Below, piece after piece: positions 25,207 to 34,751 of a stretch of 64,000 nucleotides of DNA. A model generated the notes under the pieces. The model saw only the letters and a program-made list of their open reading frames with translations, did not search any database and had not been told where the DNA came from. The position numbers and the translations under genes were made by a program. The stretch's first letter is position 1. Every line of letters begins with the position of its first letter. Origin of the DNA: Chloroflexota bacterium (GTDB lineage: Bacteria; Chloroflexota; Anaerolineae; UBA4142); contig JBBITT010000017.1 of NCBI GenBank assembly GCA_037440625.1, positions 1,767 through 65,766 of the forward strand, in the 5' to 3' direction.

Positions 25207-28028
25207 GGGAGGATGGTGTGACACTGGAACAACGCATTGCTCAAAAGACAGCGCGCCTTGCCGTGGTGGGCTTGGGGTATGTGGGTTTGCCTTTGGCAAC
25301 TGAATTTGCGCGCGAAGGTTTTTCGGTGGTTGGCATAGACATTGATGCGCGCAAAGTGGAGAAACTGAATCGTGGCATCAGTTACATTCCCGATGTCGAA
25401 ACCCGGACGGTCAAGCACTTGGTCGCCCGCAAAAAATTTTCCGCCACAACCGATTATGCCGCCATTGCGAATAGCGATGTCATTTTCATTTGCGTCCCCA
25501 CCCCGTTCGATGAAATGAAGGCACCCGATCTCAAACCGGTGATTGCAGCGACCCAGAGTATCACGCCCCACTTGAAGCAAGGGCAACTGGTCATCTTGCA
25601 AAGCACAACCTACCCGGGAACGACGGAAGAAGTCTGCCTGCCGATTCTGGAAACCAGCGGCTTGAAAGCCGGCAAAGATTTCCATCTTGCGTTTTCACCG
25701 GAACGAATTGATCCGGGCGCGACAAGTAGTCAAGGTTGGAACGTCAAGAACACGCCCAAGACCTTGGGCGGACTCACGCCGAAATGCACTCGTTTGGCAA
25801 AAGCGTTACTTGTTCATCTCACACCTCAGGTCTTTGCCGTCTCTTCGCCGCGGGTGGCGGAGATGAGCAAACTTTTGGAAAACATCTTTCGCGCCGTGAA
25901 CATCGCCTTGGTCAACGAATTAGCCCTCTTGTCCGAGCGAATGGGGATTGATTTTTGGGAAGTGATCGAAGCGGCCAAGACCAAGCCGTTTGGTTTTATG
26001 GCGTTCTATCCCGGTGCGGGGGTCGGTGGCCATTGTCTAGGCGAGAACGAATTCCTCTTCGTCAAGAATGGGCGTGGACTGACGAGCGTCCGCGTCGGCG
26101 AGTACTTTACAGAGATACAGCAACAACAGCCGACCACGGCGCGGCAAGTTGGCGAGGTAACGCTGCTGGAGCCAGAGGGCATCCATGCGCTTTCATTTGA
26201 TCCTGAGCGGCAAAAAGTTTGTCTCAAACCACTGGTGGCATTGTCGCGTCGCACGTATCATGGAACGCTCGTGGATGTTACCACCATTGATCGTCGTCGC
26301 CTCATGGTGACAGATGGTCATCCGATGGTCGTATGGAAAGAAGGCGCGCTACACGTCCAGCGCGCGGATACGCTCCAAGTCGGCGATGAGTTGATCGTGG
26401 CAACGCATTGGCTTGACAGTACGGCCACCCCCACCATTGATCTGATTCCTCATCTGACGCCAGAGGAAATTGCCAAGATTCGCGTCATGCCCCAGCACGG
26501 GCGTTTCGCTGACTATCGCGAGCAGTTCACACCGGGTCTCAAGGCACTCGGTGTTGATCCTCACCAAGTCTATCGCTCGAATCGGATGCCGCTGGCAATT
26601 TACTTGGCGCTGGAGAAGCAAGGCATCACGCCGTTCTCTCGTCGCGATATCGTGTTGCGGACTGGGCGTGGTCCATCGTGGAATGCGATGCCCGCCGTGA
26701 TCGTTGTGGACGAAGCATTCGCTCGCTTGGTTGGTTACTATCTGAGCGAAGGGTGCATTACGCGAGACAAATCGTTGCGGACGCGTTGGACCTTCAACGC
26801 CGATGAACGCGAGTATCTTGACGATGTTTGTCGCATCCTGAGCGGGCTGGGGGTCCGCTTCTCCAAGCGCAAGGATAGAATTTGGAATGCTGTCCAAATC
26901 AAGGTGTCCTCTCATTTGTTCGCGCGTCTGTTGCGTGATGTATTACAATGCGGCACACGCTCGACCAATATGCAGATTCCCGGCATCTTGATGGAAGCCC
27001 CCGCGCCAATCCGCCTGGGCGTGCTGGCAGGATTGTTGCGCGGCGATGGCGATGTAAATTTGGAACAGCGTGTCCGGCATTATTATCACCAGAAGAAGCG
27101 GCGCGCCTATGACCATCATATCAACGTCGCAACGGTCGGCTATTTCTCGAGCAGTCCACACCTTTTTCAACAGACCGTTTTGCTCGCGCAAGGACTGGGT
27201 TTCGTTCCAACGTTCAAGCAAGGCAAACCGTACTTGCGATTCTACGGCGAGCAGCAACTGGCGCGCCTCTTGCCGCTCTTCGAAGGGGATAAACGCGCCG
27301 CCTTGAAAAAGTATGCGGAGGGACGACGGAAGCGGATGCCCACCAAGAGCTTCGGCGCACACCGCAACTTGGCAACAGTCAAGGTGGCAGCGGTTTCGCA
27401 CCAAGTTGGAACGCACACCGTCTATTCCGCCGAAATTAAAGATACGCACACCTTTGTCACCTCCTACGGCATTGTCACACACAATTGTATCCCCGTGGAC
27501 CCGTACTATCTTTCGTGGAAGGCGCGCGAGTACGATTTTTATACAAAGTTCATCGAACTCGCCGCCGAGATCAATCAAGGCATGCCGTATCACGTGGTCA
27601 AACTGGCGCACGATCTCTTGAGCCAACACGGCAAAGCGATCAAGAACGCGCGCGTGCTCGTCTTGGGGGTGGCGTTCAAACCGAACGTGGACGATGCGCG
27701 CAACTCACCCGCCGAGCGCGTCATTGAATTGTTGCTCAACAATGGCGCGCAGGTCCGTTATCACGATCCGTACGTGCCGACGTTTCGCGTGGGGAACAAT
27801 GTGTTCTTGCGCGAAACCATCGAATTGAAATCCGTGCCACTCACACGCGACGAATTGCGCCGCAACGATCTCGTCGTCATTGTAACCGCGCATCGCAAGG
27901 TCAACTATCGTTGGGTCACACGCCATGCGCCATTGATCGTGGATTCGGCGAACGCGACCAAAGGATTGGGCGACCCCGCCAAAATCATTCGTGTGGGCGC
28001 GCCCTTTGCTAAGAAAGGCAAGCAATGA
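25203..28028 (+). CDS. Nucleotide-sugar (UDP-N-acetylhexosamine/UDP-glucose family) 6-dehydrogenase interrupted by an intein
   Basis: Rossmann LAVVGLGYVGLP; exteins join as GAGVGGH/CIPVDPYYL; 941 aa in total, 457 aa without the insert; GTGA overlap with the upstream gene (alternative GTG at 25218). Confidence 0.9.
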   Translation: MREDGVTLEQRIAQKTARLAVVGLGYVGLPLATEFAREGFSVVGIDIDARKVEKLNRGISYIPDVETRTVKHLVARKKFSATTDYAAIANSDVIFICVPTPFDEMKAPDLKPVIAATQSITPHLKQGQLVILQSTTYPGTTEEVCLPILETSGLKAGKDFHLAFSPERIDPGATSSQGWNVKNTPKTLGGLTPKCTRLAKALLVHLTPQVFAVSSPRVAEMSKLLENIFRAVNIALVNELALLSERMGIDFWEVIEAAKTKPFGFMAFYPGAGVGGHCLGENEFLFVKNGRGLTSVRVGEYFTEIQQQQPTTARQVGEVTLLEPEGIHALSFDPERQKVCLKPLVALSRRTYHGTLVDVTTIDRRRLMVTDGHPMVVWKEGALHVQRADTLQVGDELIVATHWLDSTATPTIDLIPHLTPEEIAKIRVMPQHGRFADYREQFTPGLKALGVDPHQVYRSNRMPLAIYLALEKQGITPFSRRDIVLRTGRGPSWNAMPAVIVVDEAFARLVGYYLSEGCITRDKSLRTRWTFNADEREYLDDVCRILSGLGVRFSKRKDRIWNAVQIKVSSHLFARLLRDVLQCGTRSTNMQIPGILMEAPAPIRLGVLAGLLRGDGDVNLEQRVRHYYHQKKRRAYDHHINVATVGYFSSSPHLFQQTVLLAQGLGFVPTFKQGKPYLRFYGEQQLARLLPLFEGDKRAALKKYAEGRRKRMPTKSFGAHRNLATVKVAAVSHQVGTHTVYSAEIKDTHTFVTSYGIVTHNCIPVDPYYLSWKAREYDFYTKFIELAAEINQGMPYHVVKLAHDLLSQHGKAIKNARVLVLGVAFKPNVDDARNSPAERVIELLLNNGAQVRYHDPYVPTFRVGNNVFLRETIELKSVPLTRDELRRNDLVVIVTAHRKVNYRWVTRHAPLIVDSANATKGLGDPAKIIRVGAPFAKKGKQ
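26034..27485 (+). mobile_element. Intein with LAGLIDADG homing-endonuclease domain (484 codons)
   Basis: Cys1 CLGENEF; block B TDGHP; LVGYYLSEGC and LAGLLRGDGD; C-terminal IVTHN followed by +1 Cys. Confidence 0.9.
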
Positions 28029-28645
28029 CTGAATTACCGATTCAACTTCCCCAACCCCCTCCGTTACTCATCGTCGTCTCGGGTCCATCGGGCGTGGGCA
28101 AAGATGCCGCCTTGCGCCGGATGCGCGAGTTGAACTATCCGTTTCATTTTCTGGTCACCAACACCACGCGCCCCCAGCGCCCCAATGAGGTGGATGGCAA
28201 GGATTATCACTTTATCACCAAGGAACAATTTGCGGCGATGGAAGCGCGCGGGGAATTTTTGGAACGCGCGGTGGTCTATGGTTACGATTACGGCAACTCA
28301 CGCCGCGAAGTGCGCGAAGCATTAGAACGTGGGCAAGACGTGATCATGCGGATTGACGTGCAAGGCGCGGCGACGATCAAACGCATCGTGCCCGAGGCGG
28401 TGTTTATTTTTCTGATGCCGCCCTCAATGCAAGCACTCGAAGCCCGGCTACGCCGACGGCGTACCGAGCCCGAAGACTATTTGCGCTTGCGGCTTCATGC
28501 CGCACGCCTTGAGATGAACGAGTTTGAAAAATTCGATTACGTGATTGTGAATGAGGACGATCAGTTGGACGATACCGCCCAATTGATCCATTCGATCATT
28601 CGAGCGGAAAAGTGCCGGGTCAAGCCGCGGCAGATTATTTTGTGA
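28025..28645 (+). CDS. gmk: Guanylate kinase
   Basis: LLIVVSGPSGVGKDA, TTRPQRPNEVDGKDYHF, AVVYGYDYG; ATGA overlap with the dehydrogenase. Confidence 0.92.
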   Translation: MTELPIQLPQPPPLLIVVSGPSGVGKDAALRRMRELNYPFHFLVTNTTRPQRPNEVDGKDYHFITKEQFAAMEARGEFLERAVVYGYDYGNSRREVREALERGQDVIMRIDVQGAATIKRIVPEAVFIFLMPPSMQALEARLRRRRTEPEDYLRLRLHAARLEMNEFEKFDYVIVNEDDQLDDTAQLIHSIIRAEKCRVKPRQIIL

Positions 28646-28656
28646 GCCGCACCCAA

Positions 28657-28695
28657 GAAGGCAGCCGCTCTTTTTGAGCGACTGCCTCGTTTTTT
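28657..28695. terminator. Bidirectional terminator between gmk and the GH1 gene
   Basis: gaaggcagccgctc-ttttt-gagcgactgcctc followed by gtttttt. Confidence 0.6.
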
Positions 28696-30001
28696 AGCAA
28701 CCATTTTGCGCGATCACATTGGCGTACCACTCGCCGCTGTCTTTGATGATACGTTGTTGCGTTGCAAAATCCACATAAACGATTCCAAAGCGTTTGGAGA
28801 AACCGTACGACCACTCAAAGTTGTCGAGCAAGGACCACACAAAGTAGCCGCGCACATCCACGCCATCTTGGATCGCACCGTGCAACTCGCGCAAATGCTC
28901 GCGCACATAGTTGATGCGACGCGGATCATGGACGCGCCCATCCGCGCTCACCTCATCGCGGAACGCCGCTCCGTTTTCGGTGATGTAAATCGGCGGCAAG
29001 CGATACGTGCGCTGGAGGCGACGCAACAATCTGCCTAACGCCGGCGCGTGAACTTCCCAGCCCATTTCGGTGTATTCAGAACCGGGGACGGGATGAACAC
29101 GCACCCCATTTTGGATCAATTGCCGCGAATAATAATTCACGCCGAGAAAATCAAGGTGTTGCGCGATCAATGCAAAATCGCCCGGCAAAACGCGCGGGGT
29201 ATTCTCGCCAAGGGTTTGCCACGTCTCGGTTGGATAATTGCCGCACAACACCGGTTCGATAAACCATCCCGTGCCCATTTGCCACGCCTGCCTGGCAAGC
29301 GCGTGATCCTGCGGCGAATCGGTGCCGGCTTCGGTGGGGAACATATCGAGGACGATCCCGGCGTTCACCGGCGGTGCGATGGCGCGAATCGCTTGCATGC
29401 CCAGCCCGTGCGCGATGAGCAAATGATGGGCGGCTTGGTACGCGAGTTTTTCATCCATGATTCCCGGCGCGTGGCGGCCCTCGCGATAACCAATGAACGC
29501 TGCCACCCAAGGTTCGTTGAGCGTGATCCAGTTTTGGACGCGATCGCCTAGGCGGCGCACGACGATGGCGGCGTAATCGGCAAAATAGCCCGCTGTATCT
29601 CGATTCAACCAACCGCCGTCCAACGCTTGCGGCAAATCCCAATGATACAGGGTGATGTACGGCGTGATGTTCGCGGCGAGCAATTCATCTACCAAGCGGC
29701 TGTAAAAATCGAGACCGCGTTGATTCACCGCCCCACGCCCATTGGGCAGAATACGGGTCCACGCCATCGAAAAGCGATACGCGCGCAAACCCAGTCGGCG
29801 CATCAATGCCACATCCTCGCGCCAACGATGATAGTGATCGCAGGCGACATCGCCGGTATCACCATTTTCGATTTTGCCGGGCGTGTGTGAAAAACGATCC
29901 CAAATGGATTCGCCCTTGCCATCCTCGTTCCACGCCCCTTCGATTTGATACGACGCGGTTGCCGCGCCCCACACAAAATCTTTGGGAAAAGTCAAGGTCA
30001 T
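28694..30001 (-). CDS. GH1 beta-glucosidase
   Basis: FVWGAATASYQIEGA, TLNEPW (acid/base), ITENGAA (nucleophile). Confidence 0.92.
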   Translation of the reverse strand: MTLTFPKDFVWGAATASYQIEGAWNEDGKGESIWDRFSHTPGKIENGDTGDVACDHYHRWREDVALMRRLGLRAYRFSMAWTRILPNGRGAVNQRGLDFYSRLVDELLAANITPYITLYHWDLPQALDGGWLNRDTAGYFADYAAIVVRRLGDRVQNWITLNEPWVAAFIGYREGRHAPGIMDEKLAYQAAHHLLIAHGLGMQAIRAIAPPVNAGIVLDMFPTEAGTDSPQDHALARQAWQMGTGWFIEPVLCGNYPTETWQTLGENTPRVLPGDFALIAQHLDFLGVNYYSRQLIQNGVRVHPVPGSEYTEMGWEVHAPALGRLLRRLQRTYRLPPIYITENGAAFRDEVSADGRVHDPRRINYVREHLRELHGAIQDGVDVRGYFVWSLLDNFEWSYGFSKRFGIVYVDFATQQRIIKDSGEWYANVIAQNGC

Positions 30002-30867
30002 TTTGTCCGCTCCTGAATTTGTTCAAGAGTTTGTACGTGGGTGTGAAATTCCCACGTCTCCGTATGCGCGACGCTTTGTTGGGGTTCAAGCCATTGCAGC
30101 GGCGCCAATGTCTCTAGTTCAATAAATTCATCGTTGCAATACACCTCGGCGTTGCAATTCAAATCTGGGTGCAGCGCGCTAGGATGTGGTGTAAATCGTT
30201 TAACGAAAAGAATTTCGTTGCGCCAGTATGCCATCCATCCGGCGCGATTCAAGTAACCGATTTTGCACGGTGGCAGTTCAGCGCGCGCGTGAATGCGAAC
30301 AACATCGTCGCGCAATTCGAGACGTGGGTCATTGACGCGGGTATAGCGCCACAAAACCAAATTGCGATTCGGGAGTAAACCGTGTTCATCCACCGGCTCT
30401 CTCGTTTGTGGCAGAATAGCGACGCCGCCCAGTTTCAACATCGTCAGTGACCAGGGGGCAAGTTCGATGCTTTGCGTGCCCGTGTTTTCGAGCGAGTGTG
30501 TTAAGGTGAGTGCAGCGTGTCCGGCGCGTAGATGAATTTCGATGTGTTTGCGAATCCCGGTGAGTGGTTCGGGCGATTGGTGCAACCTCACGCCGTCTGC
30601 CAGTGGTTCGAGGCGGATCGGTGCGTTATCGGGTTGGTAGGTTTGGGGTATTTTTTCCGGCGCGTACCACAAACGATGCCCGCCCCGGAAAAAATAATCG
30701 CCGAGCGGTGTGGCTATTTTTTTCTGCGGCACTTCGGCAAACCAATTTTCTTCCGAACCGCGCAGGAACAAGCGCACGAGGCGTGGACCCGCCTCCACCA
30801 GAAATTCCAATCGCAGAAAATCATTTTCGAGGCTGCGTGTTGCGAGTCCGTAATAATCGTTGCTCAT
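29998..30867 (-). CDS. Conserved hypothetical protein, possibly with a mutarotase-like beta-sandwich
   Basis: FRGGHRLWYAPE motif; overlaps both neighbours by 4 nt; no catalytic assignment possible by eye. Confidence 0.4.
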   Translation of the reverse strand: MSNDYYGLATRSLENDFLRLEFLVEAGPRLVRLFLRGSEENWFAEVPQKKIATPLGDYFFRGGHRLWYAPEKIPQTYQPDNAPIRLEPLADGVRLHQSPEPLTGIRKHIEIHLRAGHAALTLTHSLENTGTQSIELAPWSLTMLKLGGVAILPQTREPVDEHGLLPNRNLVLWRYTRVNDPRLELRDDVVRIHARAELPPCKIGYLNRAGWMAYWRNEILFVKRFTPHPSALHPDLNCNAEVYCNDEFIELETLAPLQWLEPQQSVAHTETWEFHTHVQTLEQIQERTK

Positions 30868-33302
30868 TGCAGTGTAACCTCGACCGTGATGTGTGTGCGG
30901 CCATCGGTGGGAAGCGGCACCAGATTGCCCTCGATCGCTTTGCCTTCTACGGTGAGGGATGCGTGATTGCCTTCTCCTACTCGTTCAACATCAATGAGGT
31001 ACGTTACCCCGCGAAAGAGGCGGGTGGCGCGGAACCTTTTCCACGCGCGCGGAATCACCGGCGCAATCTGCAAGCCATCGTACGTAGGGCGAATGCCTAG
31101 GATATACTGTGTGATGGCAATGTAATTCCACGCCGCTGTGCCGGTGAGCCAAGAATTTTTGGCTTCGCCAAAGGTGGGCGCATCGCGTCCGGCAATCATT
31201 TGGGCGTACACATACGGTTCGCACCGATGCACCTCGCTGAGGGCTTCGCGCACGGAAGGATTGATGCGCGCGTAATAATCGTGTGCACGGTCGCCGTTGC
31301 CCACCAACGTTTCGGCGATCATGATCCAAGGATTGGTGTGGCAAAAAATGCCGGCGTTCTCTTTATAGCCCGGCGGATAGGATGAAATTTCGCCCAAATG
31401 TAAATAATAGCGCGAGAACGCCGGCTGTTGCAAAATGATTCCGTGCGGCGTCGCCAAATATTTTTCCACCGAATCGAGCGCGCGTTGGGCATAGCCATTC
31501 TTCAAGCCAACGCCTGCCATCACACACCACCCTTGCGTCTCGATAAAAATTTTCCCCTCTGGATTTTCGCGCGACCCTACCGGGCGTCCCAGGTCATCGT
31601 ACGCACGCAAGAACCATTCGCCATCCCAGCCATGCTGTAAAATAGTCGCGCGCATTTTTTCTGCGGCTTGGCAATACCCCGCATCGTTGCCGGTGTATCG
31701 TTGGGCAATTTCTGCCATCTCTGTCGCTGCCACGACAAACAAACCGGCGATCATCAATGATTCTGCAATCTTGCCATCCTTGTGGGTAGTGGTTTGAAAC
31801 GATTCGCCCGGTGTGGCGGAGAAACAATTGAGATTGAGGCAATCGTTCCAATCTGCCCGTCCGATGAGTGGCAAACCATGCGGTCCCAAGCGATCCAACG
31901 TGTATTGCATACTGCGTTGCAAATGATCGAACAAGGGCTGTTCCGTACCGGGATGTTGATCGTAGGGCACCGGTTCGGCGAGGATGCTCCAATCGCCGGT
32001 CTCTTTGAGATATGCGGCAACGCCCAGCACGAGCCACAAGGGATCATCGTTGAAATTCGAACCAATGTCATTATTGCCTTGTTTGGTGAGGGGTTGATAT
32101 TGATGATAGGCACCGCCATTTTCCAGTTGCGTCGCCGCCAGATCAAGCAGGCGTTCGCGGACGCGGGCAGGCACCATCTGCACACAACCCATCAAGTCTT
32201 GATTCGAGTCTCGAAAACCGATGCCGCGTCCAATCCCGGCTTCATACAACGATGCCGAGCGCGCGAGGTTGAACGTCACCATACATTGGTACGCGTTCCA
32301 AATATTTACCATTCGATTGGTGTGGGCGTCCGGCGTTTCGATGTGCAAACGCGCTAGCCATTTGTCCCACGCGGCGCGCAACTCGGCGAAGGCGGCGTCC
32401 ACGCTTTGCGGATTGAGATATTTTTCGATGATGGGCTTGACCGTGCGCTTGTTGATGATCTGGGAATGCGGCGGATCGAATTTCTGGTCGGGCGGGTTTT
32501 CGTGATACCCCAACACAAAAATGATTTGGCGCGATTCGTTGGGTGCCAGTGTAACCCGAACATGATGCGAGCCAATGGGCTGCCAGCCATGCGCCATCGA
32601 ATTGCACGATTCACCGCGTTCTACCACAATGGGCTGATCCCAGCCGCGGTACGCGCCCAGAAAATCGTCGCGTTGTGTGTCAAAGCCAGCCAGCGGCTCG
32701 GAGCAAGCAAAGTACGCAAAATGATTGCGGCGTTCGCGGTATTCGGTCTTGTGGTAGATCACGCCTTGATCCACTTCGACTTCGCCCGTGTTCCAGTTGC
32801 GTTGAAAATTGGTGGCGTCGTCTTGCGCGTCCCACAAACAAAATTCGATGGCAGAGAAAATGGCGCATTGGGCGGGCGTAGAGCGTTGATTGGTCAAGGT
32901 GAGTTGCCAAATTTCTAGATTTTCATCGAGCGGGACGAAATAGCGGATGGACGCGCGAATCTGTTGATAAGTTGAGGTGATGATCGTGTACCCAAGTCCA
33001 TGCCGACACGTGTACTCTGCGAGAGGCGAGCGCGTGGGTTGCCAAGTGGGCGACCAAAAGTGATGGTTAGCGTTATCGCGCAGATAAAGGTAGCGTCCGC
33101 CTAAATCGAGCGGGGCGTTGTTGTAGCGATAGCGAGTGAGCCGGCGCAAGCGCGCATCGCGGTAAAAGGAATATCCCCCGGCGGTGTTCGAAATCAATCC
33201 AAAATACTCGCGCGTGCCAAGATAGTTGATCCAGGGCAAGGGTGTGTTGGGTTGCGTAATGACATACTCGCGTTGTTCGTCGTCAAAGAATCCGTAACGC
33301 AT
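30864..33302 (-). CDS. GH94 cellobiose/cellodextrin phosphorylase
   Basis: MRYGFFDDEQREYVITQPNTPLPWINYLG N-terminus, 812 aa, FRDSNQD region typical of GH94. Confidence 0.88.
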   Translation of the reverse strand: MRYGFFDDEQREYVITQPNTPLPWINYLGTREYFGLISNTAGGYSFYRDARLRRLTRYRYNNAPLDLGGRYLYLRDNANHHFWSPTWQPTRSPLAEYTCRHGLGYTIITSTYQQIRASIRYFVPLDENLEIWQLTLTNQRSTPAQCAIFSAIEFCLWDAQDDATNFQRNWNTGEVEVDQGVIYHKTEYRERRNHFAYFACSEPLAGFDTQRDDFLGAYRGWDQPIVVERGESCNSMAHGWQPIGSHHVRVTLAPNESRQIIFVLGYHENPPDQKFDPPHSQIINKRTVKPIIEKYLNPQSVDAAFAELRAAWDKWLARLHIETPDAHTNRMVNIWNAYQCMVTFNLARSASLYEAGIGRGIGFRDSNQDLMGCVQMVPARVRERLLDLAATQLENGGAYHQYQPLTKQGNNDIGSNFNDDPLWLVLGVAAYLKETGDWSILAEPVPYDQHPGTEQPLFDHLQRSMQYTLDRLGPHGLPLIGRADWNDCLNLNCFSATPGESFQTTTHKDGKIAESLMIAGLFVVAATEMAEIAQRYTGNDAGYCQAAEKMRATILQHGWDGEWFLRAYDDLGRPVGSRENPEGKIFIETQGWCVMAGVGLKNGYAQRALDSVEKYLATPHGIILQQPAFSRYYLHLGEISSYPPGYKENAGIFCHTNPWIMIAETLVGNGDRAHDYYARINPSVREALSEVHRCEPYVYAQMIAGRDAPTFGEAKNSWLTGTAAWNYIAITQYILGIRPTYDGLQIAPVIPRAWKRFRATRLFRGVTYLIDVERVGEGNHASLTVEGKAIEGNLVPLPTDGRTHITVEVTLQ

Positions 33303-33325
33303 AAAGGTCCTTGAAAACGCAAACT

Positions 33326-34660
33326 CTATTTCCCAGGCATCGTCAAAAGGGTCACCGAAGTTGGTGGCATAGTATATGAGAATTCAGAAGGAATGTCTAT
33401 GGGTGATTCTTCCGTCGCGTTGTGTGTTGGATCGAATAGGCGCACGGTGGCGCGCCCAATCGGTGTCCAATGATCGAGAGTGAGTGGGCGGGTTTGGATT
33501 TGATCACTCAGGTTGATGAGCATCAAGGTCAATGCCTCGCCTTGGCGCGCGGCGTAAATCGAAATTTGAGAATCGTCTGATGAAGCATAGACCAATTCAT
33601 TGCCAAAGCGTTTCCACATTTGGTACGTGTAGTACGCTGGGCGCACCGTGTCGCGCGCGAGCAAACCATAGCCGCCGATATTTGAATTGCTTTGCAAACT
33701 AAACTGTGCGACGATGTCTACGCGTGCATGAATCAAACGCCCCAGCACATCGGCGAGCCACAGCGCATTGTTGAACGTATCCATCCCCGTTTCGCCTCCC
33801 ATCGTGCCCGACCAACTCGAATTGAATTCGGTGATGGCAATGGGCAGATCGCGTTTAGCGTGCTCGCGCACGACGGCGCGTAAATTTGTGGCGATGGTAT
33901 CCCAGCGTGCGGCATCGGCAAAGAGTTCAGCCCGCGTGGGCCGGACACCCATTTGGGTGGGAAACGGATAGCGATGCACGGCAACCACATCTACCAGATC
34001 ACCGTTCGCTTTCAGAAATTCACGCAGCCAATCGCGCCCGGCGGAATCTTTGGGGTCCATATTCGGTTCGCCGGTGAATTGATGGATGTCGGGTCCGACG
34101 AGCAGAATCGAGGGATCAGCCGCTTTCATGGCTTGCGCAAACGTGCGCCACTCGATGTTGTATTTTTCTGCATCGTAATCTTTGTAGAGTGAAGGTTCGT
34201 TGCCAATGCTCCAATATTTGATGCGATAATTTTGTGCGCGCGCATAATGGATGAGCGCCACAGCTTTTTCGGGTGTGCCGCCGCGCAAGCGTACACTGAC
34301 GAGCGGCTCGGCATTGATTTGGCGTGCCTGTGCAATGAACAAATCGAATTGCCATGGCTCGATGTCATTTTCATCGCCCCAGTTCCCGCCGGGAAATCGA
34401 ATCAGCGTGATACCCGAAGCGAGAAATTCCTTTTGCACATCTTCGGTGATGATTGCCCAGGGTCCGTGATTCGTCCCGAGCACCAATCGGCTGATGGTGC
34501 CTAGGTTGCGTGTTGTATCAACATACAAGCCCACCGGTCTCGGTGTGGCGGTTGGTGCCAAGCGCGTGGAGGTGGGACTCGCCGCGTTTTGCGGCGCCAC
34601 GCAAGCGGCGAGTCCCGATATAAGGAGAAGAAGTGGTTCAAGCGGTATGCATCGTTTCAT
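33326..34660 (-). CDS. Secreted clan GH-A (TIM-barrel) glycoside hydrolase lipoprotein
   Basis: Start MKRCIPLEPLLLLISGLAAC (lipobox); RFPGGNWGDE, SIGNEP (acid/base), ITEFN (nucleophile). Confidence 0.65.
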   Translation of the reverse strand: MKRCIPLEPLLLLISGLAACVAPQNAASPTSTRLAPTATPRPVGLYVDTTRNLGTISRLVLGTNHGPWAIITEDVQKEFLASGITLIRFPGGNWGDENDIEPWQFDLFIAQARQINAEPLVSVRLRGGTPEKAVALIHYARAQNYRIKYWSIGNEPSLYKDYDAEKYNIEWRTFAQAMKAADPSILLVGPDIHQFTGEPNMDPKDSAGRDWLREFLKANGDLVDVVAVHRYPFPTQMGVRPTRAELFADAARWDTIATNLRAVVREHAKRDLPIAITEFNSSWSGTMGGETGMDTFNNALWLADVLGRLIHARVDIVAQFSLQSNSNIGGYGLLARDTVRPAYYTYQMWKRFGNELVYASSDDSQISIYAARQGEALTLMLINLSDQIQTRPLTLDHWTPIGRATVRLFDPTHNATEESPIDIPSEFSYTMPPTSVTLLTMPGK

Positions 34661-34751
34661 CGTGATTTTGCAAAACACATCCGAGTCGCAAGACTCGGAT
34701 GCCCGTCGAGGTGTGTTCCCTTCTTGAAACCCAGGCGTGTCCAAGCACAAA

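Noticed and set aside
25203-28028. The 941-aa dehydrogenase as a gene fusion, a pseudogene or an assembly chimera.
   Set aside because: The frame is uninterrupted. The insert is bounded precisely by Cys1 and HN/Cys+1 and contains the splicing blocks, so an intein explains the size.
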